The notes beneath the pieces were generated by a model, which was not told where the DNA came from, searched no databases, and saw only the letters and a list, made by a program, of their open reading frames with translations. Both the position numbers and the translations under genes were made by a program. Positions 8,373 to 15,256 of a stretch of 40,156 nucleotides of DNA are shown here, piece after piece. Where the stretch lies: the IMG/VR virus record IMGVR_UViG_3300017645_000185, positions 1 through 40,156 of that record. One strand, written 5' to 3'. Position 1 is the stretch's first letter. Each line of letters starts with the position of its first letter. The stretch comes from a virus (taxonomy: Duplodnaviria; Caudoviricetes).

Positions 8373-8677
8373 CCGTCGATCTCCGTTTCAATCCGGTTCC
8401 GAAGCTGACGCCGGAGATCTTGTGTCCAGTGGCTGCGGTCTCGCGCCAGGGCGATCATCATCTGCATGAAGTCATAGACGTTCATGTCATTGAAGAAGTC
8501 GCTATCGATGAGTTGCTGGGTCCACCATCGGGCGCTATGCCCGTCTCGATCTACGTTCCCGGGAGAAGCCAGTACATCCAGGACTTCATCCGGATCCGTG
8601 GTCAGGACTTCCAGGGCTTCGTCACCATGCCAGCCGTCACCCTGGATGCCGGCATAGGAGGGGTAGGGGGATTTCAT
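8369..8677 (-). CDS. Acidic hypothetical protein
   Basis: ATGA-coupled ORF with GGAGG RBS. Confidence 0.75.
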   Translation of the reverse strand: MKSPYPSYAGIQGDGWHGDEALEVLTTDPDEVLDVLASPGNVDRDGHSARWWTQQLIDSDFFNDMNVYDFMQMMIALARDRSHWTQDLRRQLRNRIETEIDG

Positions 8678-9450
8678 AGCGCGACCTCCTCGGGCTCTTC
8701 TGCGGGCTCCGTGTATTCTTGGCGTGCCGCTTCGATTCGTGACTTGGCGACCTCGATCAGCATTTCGTATTCACGCCGGATCCGGTCATCGTGGACAGAG
8801 GCCGATTTCGCCAAGAACTCCTGAGCCGTGCCGTAGAAGCATCCTCGCGTAACCAGGAGGTTGTTCTCGCGACCGTTGTAGACGGTCAGCGTCCCGTTCT
8901 CGCTGCCGACTTTGGAGAACCAGCAGATAAGGCCGTTGCCATACACCCGCGCGTTGCCATACACCCGCGCGTTGCCATACACCTGCGCGTTGCCATACAC
9001 CCGCGCGTTGCCATACACCTGCGCGTTGCCATACACCCGCGCGTTGCCATACACCCGCGCGTTGCCATACACCTGCGCGTTGCCATACACCCGCGCGTTG
9101 CCATACACCTGCGCGCCGCCAGACACCTGCGCGTTGCCATACACCCGCGCGTTGCCAGACACCTGCGCGTTGCCAGACACCCACGCGTTGCCAGACACCT
9201 GCGCGTTGCCATACACCCGCGCGTTGCCATACACCTGCGCGTTGCCATACACCCGCGCGTTGCCATACACCCACGCGCCGCCAGACACCTGCGAAAGATT
9301 CGCCTCGGCCTCGATGTATCCGCCCAGGTCCCCGGGGGATACGCCGAACACGGAGATCGCAACTACAGCCCGGATGCGCTTCAGGGTGCGACCCGGAGCC
9401 AGGGTGATGGTGTCGCCGGGGACGAATTCGTATTTCTTCTGTGCGGTCAT
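8674..9450 (-). CDS. Hexapeptide-repeat (left-handed beta-helix) phage protein
   Basis: KKYE..LKRIRA..GDLGGYIE..NLS N-domain, 20 x A(R/Q/W)V(Y/S)G(N/G), C-domain with V.RGCF.GT..EF. Confidence 0.85.
   Translation of the reverse strand: MTAQKKYEFVPGDTITLAPGRTLKRIRAVVAISVFGVSPGDLGGYIEAEANLSQVSGGAWVYGNARVYGNAQVYGNARVYGNAQVSGNAWVSGNAQVSGNARVYGNAQVSGGAQVYGNARVYGNAQVYGNARVYGNARVYGNAQVYGNARVYGNAQVYGNARVYGNARVYGNGLICWFSKVGSENGTLTVYNGRENNLLVTRGCFYGTAQEFLAKSASVHDDRIRREYEMLIEVAKSRIEAARQEYTEPAEEPEEVAL
8934..9293. repeat. 18-bp tandem repeat, ~20 copies
   Basis: Unit GCGTTGCCATACACC(C/T)GC, near-identical copies. Confidence 0.95.
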
Positions 9451-9721
9451 GTCTGGTCCTTGGTCGTAGATGACGCCCTCAAGTCGGCCTACCCCGCTGC
9501 GCAAAAGCCGCGCAGGGCACGTGTTGGAGGGGAGGGGAAGTACCGGAGCTAATCCCAGTACGCGGGGATGGCCGGCTTGAAGGCGTGGGGCGCCCCGTAT
9601 CGTGGAGGCATACGCGAAGCTGCACCGCCCGGCCGCACAGTCGCAACCCGTTTTTGCGGCATCCGCTTCGATTTCCTGTCATTCGTCAGCCAGCTACGGG
9701 AACGGGCTGACGGATCCGGTT

Positions 9722-10168
9722 TCACGCGTCTGCGAGTTCGGACTGCCCCACAATCGCGCCGAAGTGCTTGACGAACAGGTCGCGGTATTGCTGCGCTTTC
9801 TCGACTTCGATGCGGGTCTTCTCGATGTTGCGATCCAGCGTCTTCAGGATGGTCTCGTGCTGGAGGTCGATAAGATCGCTGTCTTCTGCGGCAAGAACCT
9901 CCGTGTCCTGAGTCTCGGAATTGATCGTCAGAAAGGTGACAGGGTTTTCGCCGTAGCCGGTCTTCAGGCAGGCGATGATGATGCTGGGCAGCGCCTTGAA
10001 GGCCTCGAACCCGACGACAACGCCGGGATACACGGCATGATTGCTGTATTCCTTCTTGAGGACCTTGACCTTGCTCCCGATGCGCAGGGTATCGATGCGG
10101 GTGGCGGTGGCGGTGCGCTGGTCCAACTCCAGTTTGATGCCGTTGATTTCGACGATGGGGTTGCTCAT
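9722..10168 (-). CDS. Hypothetical protein, first gene of the PL operon
   Basis: 148 aa, AGGAG RBS, C-terminal coiled coil. Confidence 0.8.
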   Translation of the reverse strand: MSNPIVEINGIKLELDQRTATATRIDTLRIGSKVKVLKKEYSNHAVYPGVVVGFEAFKALPSIIIACLKTGYGENPVTFLTINSETQDTEVLAAEDSDLIDLQHETILKTLDRNIEKTRIEVEKAQQYRDLFVKHFGAIVGQSELADA

Positions 10169-10422
10169 TCATTTCTCCTGGTCCATGAAAAGCGCAGCAC
10201 TCACAGGAATGGCGCTTCAGATGAATCTGGCCTGCATCGCCCCTGACGGTTCCAGTTCGCAATGCAGACACGCGGCTCTGTCGGCTCCGGGGCTCTCCGC
10301 TATCTGCCCCCTCTCAGCGTCAGCGCGATTCCAGCTCGCGCCAGGCATTCCTCTTTCGACTCTCCGACTAGATCCGCCTCGGCGGGTACTGCCGGCACTC
10401 GCATGGGCTTGCGGTACTGCAA

Positions 10423-10842
10423 GACAAGTCGGAGATGGGGGAGGGGTGCATTGACCTTGACCAGGGCTTCCGGCTAAAAAGCGCACAGGGTTCATTAGGG
10501 AACTCAAAGAGAGGATCGTTTTGACCCAATTTTTGAAGTCCCCGATCCAGCGCACCTGCGTCAACAGGTGATTGCCAGCCATAAGGGACCCTAGAACGCA
10601 AACGCTAGGAAGCAACACCCAAGAAGCGGTCACCCGTGGATCGGGATGCGCGTGGGTGGTTTTGACGGACTGCTCAAGCCCTTACGGATACTGGCGGGCA
10701 GGTGCGTGGTTGGCACCCGGGAGGCGCAGGCCCATGGATGTGGACAACCTGCAATCCCCGTGTACGCATGGAGCCCTGCCGCGTTCGCCCTCTCGGGTAT
10801 CCGCTCGGATGCCAAAGCACCCCTCTCCCATCTCGACTTGTC
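10423..10842 (-). ncRNA. Candidate large structured RNA in the PL leader
   Basis: Inverted repeat 10423-10455 / 10811-10842 (29 of 33 aligned positions identical) enclosing several nested helices; no credible ORF. Confidence 0.55.
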
Positions 10843-10850
10843 AAAGAGCG
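10838..10850 (-). promoter_or_regulatory. boxA-like antitermination element
   Basis: CGCTCTTTGACAA ~50 nt downstream of PL; one mismatch to CGCTCTTTAACAA. Confidence 0.7.
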
Positions 10851-10906
10851 CCGACCCTCTACTTAGCTGCCCTGAGGGCTAGGCTGTTCTGCGAGTCGTT
10901 GGATAA

Positions 10907-10949
10907 ATCTTAGCCCAGAGCTATTATTCATGTCAATAGCGTGGAGCTA
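10907..10949 (-). promoter_or_regulatory. PL promoter with two OL operators
   Basis: TTGACA (10931-10936) -18 bp- TAAGAT (10907-10912); operators TAGCCCAGAGCTA 10911-10923 and TAGCGTGGAGCTA 10937-10949. Confidence 0.85.
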
Positions 10950-11002
10950 GTATTTCTGTGTGCAGTTACAACTTCCCAGCACCAGGAATAGGGCGAGCGC
11001 CC

Positions 11003-11030
11003 AAAAGAAAACCGCCCGGGGAGGGCGGTT
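11003..11030 (-). terminator. Leftward intrinsic terminator insulating PL from the cI operon
   Basis: AACCGCCC-loop-GGGCGGTT followed by TTCTTTT on the minus strand. Confidence 0.75.
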
Positions 11031-11059
11031 GGGGGCGCGTAGAGAAAATCTCAACGCAA

Positions 11060-11068
11060 TGCTATAGT
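11060..11068 (+). promoter_or_regulatory. Extended -10 promoter for hicBA
   Basis: TGcTATAGT ~75 nt upstream of the ATG. Confidence 0.5.
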
Positions 11069-11144
11069 TACAGAGCACGCGGGGCTGCTGGGAAGCAGCT
11101 CTAGTCGCGGTCTAACCAGTAGGTTGCGACAGAGGGAGAGCCAA

Positions 11145-11420
11145 ATGTATAGAGTCGGAGCGCCATTTTGGAAATTGGTAGCGAAGAGTGGGCGCGCGAT
11201 TGAGTTTCGGGTCGATGTGCATCATGATCGCGAAGCGGGGGTCTATATCGCCACCAGTCCGGATCTAAGGGGCCTCGTCGTCGAGGCAGACTCGATGGAT
11301 CAGCTCATGGAAGAGGTCCGCGGAGCGGTTGAAATGCTGCTGGACTTCCAGTTGAGCGGCCGCCATGTCCCGGTTACGCCGGAGTATAGATACCGAGGCG
11401 ACGCGATCTGCGCCGCATGA
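11145..11420 (+). CDS. hicB: HicB-like antitoxin (DUF1902-like)
   Basis: HDREAGVYIATSPDLRGLVVEADSMDQLMEEVRGAVEMLL partial RNase H fold; no DNA-binding tail. Confidence 0.8.
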   Translation: MYRVGAPFWKLVAKSGRAIEFRVDVHHDREAGVYIATSPDLRGLVVEADSMDQLMEEVRGAVEMLLDFQLSGRHVPVTPEYRYRGDAICAA

Positions 11421-11605
11421 ACGGCTACTACAAACAGGTCATAGCCATGCTCAAGCAGCATGGCTTTTCTTTTGACCGAGAGGCGAAGGGGTCGCACGAA
11501 ATGTGGGCGAAAGGACGCACGAGCGTCACTGTTTCAAAGACCTGCAAGTCTCGCATTACTGCCGATGAGATCATGAAGCAGGCCGGGATCAGGCACAGAT
11601 TCTAG
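11417..11605 (+). CDS. hicA: HicA mRNA interferase toxin
   Basis: 62 aa; LKQHGF..R.AKGSHEMW; IMKQAGI. Confidence 0.9.
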   Translation: MNGYYKQVIAMLKQHGFSFDREAKGSHEMWAKGRTSVTVSKTCKSRITADEIMKQAGIRHRF

Positions 11606-11675
11606 TCGTACCCCAATACATAGAGAGATTGGGGAGCGTCACCGTGATCGGGGGGCCCACTCCCTTAAGAGGGAG

Positions 11676-12284
11676 TCAGCGGGTGTTGCAAGTGACGGCC
11701 CCGAGGCCTCCCCAGCAAGACGTAGTGGACGGCGGCCGGTAGGTCGCTCCTAGGATGGCTGCGGCTGCCTGCTGCCGCTGGATTTCCATCTGCTGCTGGG
11801 CCAACTGTTGGCGCTGTTGGATGCTATACGCATCCTTTGTGAAGCCTTGAAAAAGCTGCGCACGAACGCTGTTGAAGTCCCCAAAGGTGATTTCCCCTCC
11901 CCAAAGCGCCGCCTCGGTCTGCTTTAATCCTTGCAGAAGCTCACGATAACGGGTTGCTACTGCGGCTCCGGCAAAAGTATCCAGATAATGATCGGTCTGG
12001 GCATAACAGGCTGCGTAAGCCGATCCGATGCTCTCAATGGCATCACGCTGCTGGGGTGTGGCTTTGCGTGCGTCGTTGAGTTGGGGCAACGTTGCGGCGC
12101 TTACATTCGCGGGCACTTGGTTCCGGATAGGATCCAACCTGTGGTCAGCGTTAGCCAACTCGCAGACCTCTTGGACCAGTGCTAGCGCGTTTTGCTGTTG
12201 GACTTGTAGGCGCTTTTGATTATACGTTGCACACCCCGTTACGGTGCACCCTATGATCGCCCACAACAGTGCGTGCTTTCTCAT
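11676..12284 (-). CDS. Lipoprotein in the cI operon
   Basis: Signal peptide with VTGC lipobox; Gln-rich tail ending TTSC..VTCN. Confidence 0.8.
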   Translation of the reverse strand: MRKHALLWAIIGCTVTGCATYNQKRLQVQQQNALALVQEVCELANADHRLDPIRNQVPANVSAATLPQLNDARKATPQQRDAIESIGSAYAACYAQTDHYLDTFAGAAVATRYRELLQGLKQTEAALWGGEITFGDFNSVRAQLFQGFTKDAYSIQQRQQLAQQQMEIQRQQAAAAILGATYRPPSTTSCWGGLGAVTCNTR

Positions 12285-12288
12285 TCCG

Positions 12289-12516
12289 TTACCTTTTGGG
12301 CAAAAGCCGAACGACCTTTTCGGCTAGGGTCAAACAGGCCAGGAGCAGGTCCCTCGCATGCGAAGCGTCGTCCTCGTACATCCGAATCACCAGGCGCCCG
12401 TCTGGACGCCTGATTAGGTACTCCCGCCGCTCCAGTTCTACCAGCGGCGAGGCCTCGGACGCCTTTCTGCGCCGATACTCACTTAGGTCTACTACGTCTC
12501 CCTGTGGAGGATCCAC
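12289..12516 (-). CDS. Hypothetical protein downstream of cI
   Basis: GTG start, VVDLSEYRRRK motif, overlaps cI end. Confidence 0.6.
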   Translation of the reverse strand: MDPPQGDVVDLSEYRRRKASEASPLVELERREYLIRRPDGRLVIRMYEDDASHARDLLLACLTLAEKVVRLLPKR

Positions 12517-12979
12517 CAGACCGCTCGCCCGTTTTTGTCATATTCGTGTCTGAATTTATCGGTTCTTGTTGAAATATATCGTCCTTCAAAGCCCATTCTC
12601 CGCCTACTGGGGAATTCCCCAGTTGCGGCTTCTCAAGCATTGCGAGGATACGGCCCTCGACCTCTCCCTTTTGGCGGTCGTTGAGCCGCTCAAACTGGCC
12701 TGGGTCAATGTTCTGAAAGGGCCAGGACGCCCGCATCTCATGCAGTGCTTCATTGTCCATCCAGCCGCGCGGCTTATCCATCGCAGCCTCAAGCTCTCGG
12801 GCCATGTCGGATCCCAACTCCTTCGGCTTGCCGGACTTCCCGGCCCATCGGTTAAGGATCTGGCTGATCGTGGCATCCCGCTCGTTGCGATTCGCCTTCC
12901 GATTCAAATTGGCTATCGATCCGGCCTCTTTCACCAGATCCCGAAGTCGCTCAAGACGGATTTCTTCCACGGTCCTCAT
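12479..12979 (-). CDS. cI: CI-like phage repressor without S24 peptidase domain
   Basis: EEIRLERLRDL..ISQIL..KELGSDMARELE..GWMD HTH then WPF..I..F..L motif; divergent from cro; start site uncertain. Confidence 0.8.
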   Translation of the reverse strand: MRTVEEIRLERLRDLVKEAGSIANLNRKANRNERDATISQILNRWAGKSGKPKELGSDMARELEAAMDKPRGWMDNEALHEMRASWPFQNIDPGQFERLNDRQKGEVEGRILAMLEKPQLGNSPVGGEWALKDDIFQQEPINSDTNMTKTGERSGGSSTGRRSRPK

Positions 12980-12992
12980 AAGATGGATTAGA

Positions 12993-13059
12993 TAGCTCTG
13001 AGGTAATCGCATGGCGTAGCGGCGAGCTATTGACCTTATGCTTAGCGTAGAGCTATCAT
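12993..13059 (+). promoter_or_regulatory. OR operators and PR promoter
   Basis: Operators 12993-13005, 13017-13029 and 13043-13055 (TAGC-N5-GCTA, first has one mismatch); TTGACC 13030-13035 -18 bp- TATCAT 13054-13059. Confidence 0.85.
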
Positions 13060-13065
13060 TAGGCC

Positions 13066-13314
13066 ATGCGCCTATCTGACCTCTATCCATCTCTGACCTC
13101 TTCCGAGCGAGAAGAGCTTGCGTCCAAGGCGCAAACCTCTTCCGGATACCTGTGGCAGCTCGCCACTCGATGGAACGGTAAGGCCGCGAGCCTGAAGCTG
13201 ATGCGCCGCCTTTGTGACGCAGACAAGCGTCTGACGCTGCCCGACCTGGCCGAAGAGTTCGCGGAATGGCCAGTCTCCCACCCCAAAGAAGAAGGGGAGG
13301 CAAGCCATGCGTGA
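13066..13314 (+). CDS. cro: Cro-like HTH regulator
   Basis: REELASKAQTSSGYLWQLA HTH; first gene after PR. Confidence 0.85.
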   Translation: MRLSDLYPSLTSSEREELASKAQTSSGYLWQLATRWNGKAASLKLMRRLCDADKRLTLPDLAEEFAEWPVSHPKEEGEASHA

Positions 13315-13337
13315 CATGCGTAGCGGGCTATTGCGGG

Positions 13338-13616
13338 CTATGGGTCGAGAGGCGCAGATCCACCGGAAGTTGATCGCCGCTTCGAATACTCCTTCTCCAA
13401 AGTCAGCAAGCCTTCGTAGATCAGCTTCGAAAACTCGGCTGTCCTCGCGCTTTCCCTCGGCTCTGTCTGTTGACCAAAGTCCAGTCGATCCCCGAGCCGA
13501 TTCACCACTGCGGAGATTGGCAACACGCCTTCTTCGTGCAGTGCTCGCACCAGCGCGTAGTAGGCGCTCAGATGCGCCAAGAGGGCGCTCGTGACAAAGC
13601 TTTCGTTCTCTTCCAT
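13338..13616 (-). CDS. Antisense-oriented hypothetical protein between cro and cII
   Basis: AAGGAG RBS before MEENES; amphipathic helical protein-like sequence. Confidence 0.6.
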   Translation of the reverse strand: MEENESFVTSALLAHLSAYYALVRALHEEGVLPISAVVNRLGDRLDFGQQTEPRESARTAEFSKLIYEGLLTLEKEYSKRRSTSGGSAPLDP

Positions 13617-13770
13617 GGCCGGCTCCTTTGCCTCTGGTGCGTGTAGGAACCGCCAGTGTACGGGTCTGGGGCTGGCCGCCCATTCGTTGTTTCTCCATTC
13701 CTCCATTGTCTTTTTTTTGCCTACTCGGAGTCATTCCGAAGGCTTCCGAATAATTCGTTGACCCTCGGAA

Positions 13771-14160
13771 ATGACCCCACAAGCCCTGTTCTACGAATCG
13801 TTCCCTGATGCGCTTCGCGCTGTCATCCAGGCCCTTGGCGGCACCAAGTCTGTTGCCTGCCGCCTGTGGCCGGAGAAGACGCCGGAGGCCGCGCAACGGT
13901 CTCTGTTGGACTCGCTCAATGACAGCCGTCCCGAAAAGCTCTCGCCCGAGCAGGTTCTTTGGCTGCTCGCGGAAGGCCGCAAAGTCGGCTGCCATGCCGG
14001 CATGAACTACCTGGCCCGGGAAACCGGCTACTCAGATCCGCAGCCGGTAGAGCCGGAGGACGAGAAGGCGCGCCTACAGCGCGAGTTTATTGAGGCTCAA
14101 AAGTCCATGTCCAAGCTCGCCGAGCGCATGGAGCGATTTGGATTGCTGAGGGCGGCATGA
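13771..14160 (+). CDS. CII-like regulator
   Basis: DALRAVIQALGGTKSVA..LWP..L..SLN..RPEKL pattern; position after cro. Confidence 0.7.
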   Translation: MTPQALFYESFPDALRAVIQALGGTKSVACRLWPEKTPEAAQRSLLDSLNDSRPEKLSPEQVLWLLAEGRKVGCHAGMNYLARETGYSDPQPVEPEDEKARLQREFIEAQKSMSKLAERMERFGLLRAA

Positions 14161-14318
14161 TTCTCGTCTACTTCCGCACGGCCAAGGGCCTAGTCCGTCT
14201 TCCGGTGGAAACCAACAACGTCCGACTGGCCCAAATCGAGGCGTATTGGACCGCATGCGAGGCGCTTCTGAAGCCGAGCAGCCCGGTCCTTGCGGTTATT
14301 GAGGGAGGGAGGTCATGA
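14157..14318 (+). CDS. Hypothetical protein (53 aa), absent from ORF track
   Basis: MILVYFRT...VLAVIEGGRS; ATGA overlaps at both ends. Confidence 0.65.
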   Translation: MILVYFRTAKGLVRLPVETNNVRLAQIEAYWTACEALLKPSSPVLAVIEGGRS

Positions 14319-14737
14319 AGCGAATCCGCCTAACCCCCATGACCCGCCAGATGTGCGTGCAGACTGTCATGTCTGCGCCGGATGGCTGGATCTTCCATTC
14401 CCCGACCGAGCCTACGCGCAGCCTGGACCAGAATTCCCTAATTCACGTCTGGTACGCCGAGATCGCCCAGCAGATTCCCGAAGACGATGCCTTGGGCTGG
14501 AAGTGCTACTGCAAATTGCACCATGGGGTTCCGATCCTGCGGGCTGAGGACGAAGGATTCCGGATCGCCTACGACGGTTCCGTCAAGGGCCTGACCTACG
14601 AGCAGAAGCTGCTAGCGATGCGCATGCTGCCCGTCACATCGCTGATGAACACCAAGCAGCTCAGCAAATACGCGGAGGCCGTACAGGCCGATTTCGAGCG
14701 TCGTGGGGTGCTTCTTCAGTTCCCGGAGGCGGCATGA
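14315..14737 (+). CDS. NinB/Orf-like recombination protein
   Basis: TRSLDQNSLIHVWYAEIA and TSLMNTKQLSKY motifs. Confidence 0.75.
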   Translation: MKRIRLTPMTRQMCVQTVMSAPDGWIFHSPTEPTRSLDQNSLIHVWYAEIAQQIPEDDALGWKCYCKLHHGVPILRAEDEGFRIAYDGSVKGLTYEQKLLAMRMLPVTSLMNTKQLSKYAEAVQADFERRGVLLQFPEAA

Positions 14738-15093
14738 TGTTCCCCAAATTCAAGACCTGGCGGTCAGAAAAGCATCGCCGCAATGTTGCCTCTCTGGCCT
14801 GCGCCTCGTGTGGCCGCTCGGGCCAGAGCCAGTGCGCCCATATCAACTTCGGGAAGTCCATGGGTCGCAAAGCTTGCGATTCGCTCACATTCCCACTGTG
14901 CCCAGGATGCCACTGGCGCCACGACCAGAGCGGCGCAATTCCCCGAGAGCAGCGGCGGCTCATGGAGTGGGAATACGTGGACGCTACCCGGGCGAGCTTA
15001 ATCCAGCTGAACCAATGGCCTGCCGAAGTCGAGCGGGCCTATCAAATCGCCATCCGGCCGTTAGCCAGGGTGGTTCATGGGGAGGCTGCATGA
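14734..15093 (+). CDS. Zn-finger protein (DUF968/DUF1364-like, HNH-related)
   Basis: WRSEKH..VASL.CASCG..AH..GKSMG.KA.D...PLCPGCH..HD. Confidence 0.75.
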   Translation: MMFPKFKTWRSEKHRRNVASLACASCGRSGQSQCAHINFGKSMGRKACDSLTFPLCPGCHWRHDQSGAIPREQRRLMEWEYVDATRASLIQLNQWPAEVERAYQIAIRPLARVVHGEAA

Positions 15094-15254
15094 ACATGTA
15101 CCAAGTCCAGGTGTCTGTCGTCAATGGCGACATCCTGGTTAGTCAGGATGAAGGCGGGGGTCACGTGGATATCGTCTCAATCCATCCGGACCAAGCCGAA
15201 CTCGTCTGCAAGTGGATCATGGACGCTGCCATGTCCATCCAGGAAGAGATATAG
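15090..15254 (+). CDS. Hypothetical protein (54 aa)
   Basis: ATGA-coupled MNMYQVQV; GGAGG RBS. Confidence 0.65.
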   Translation: MNMYQVQVSVVNGDILVSQDEGGGHVDIVSIHPDQAELVCKWIMDAAMSIQEEI

Positions 15255-15256
15255 AA

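Noticed and set aside
8934-9293. CRISPR array
   Set aside because: Repeats are contiguous 18-mers with no unique spacers, in frame within a CDS; no cas genes
8786-9552. Alternative-frame repeat ORFs (GVWQRA, AIHPRV, ALPYTR, CMATRG)
   Set aside because: By-products of a stop-free tandem repeat; only the ARVYGN frame has an RBS and protein-like flanking domains
10217-10815. ORFs in the PL leader (10217-10633, 10368-10601, 10630-10815)
   Set aside because: No convincing RBS, mostly non-ATG starts, non-protein-like composition, none resembles N
10423-10842. MITE or invertible DNA segment
   Set aside because: No evident target-site duplication, no transposase or invertase; arm overlaps boxA and a mismatch fits G-U pairing. 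Disfavoured, not excluded
10423-10842. Retron msr-msd (a1/a2 inverted repeats)
   Set aside because: No reverse transcriptase in the window and no clear long msd hairpin
10956-10971. LexA box upstream of PL
   Set aside because: CTGT-N8-ACAA has a mismatch in the conserved half-site and a non-AT-rich spacer
12980-13303. N-terminal extension of cI (274-aa ORF call)
   Set aside because: Runs through the operators, PR and cro antisense; the HTH begins at MRTVEE
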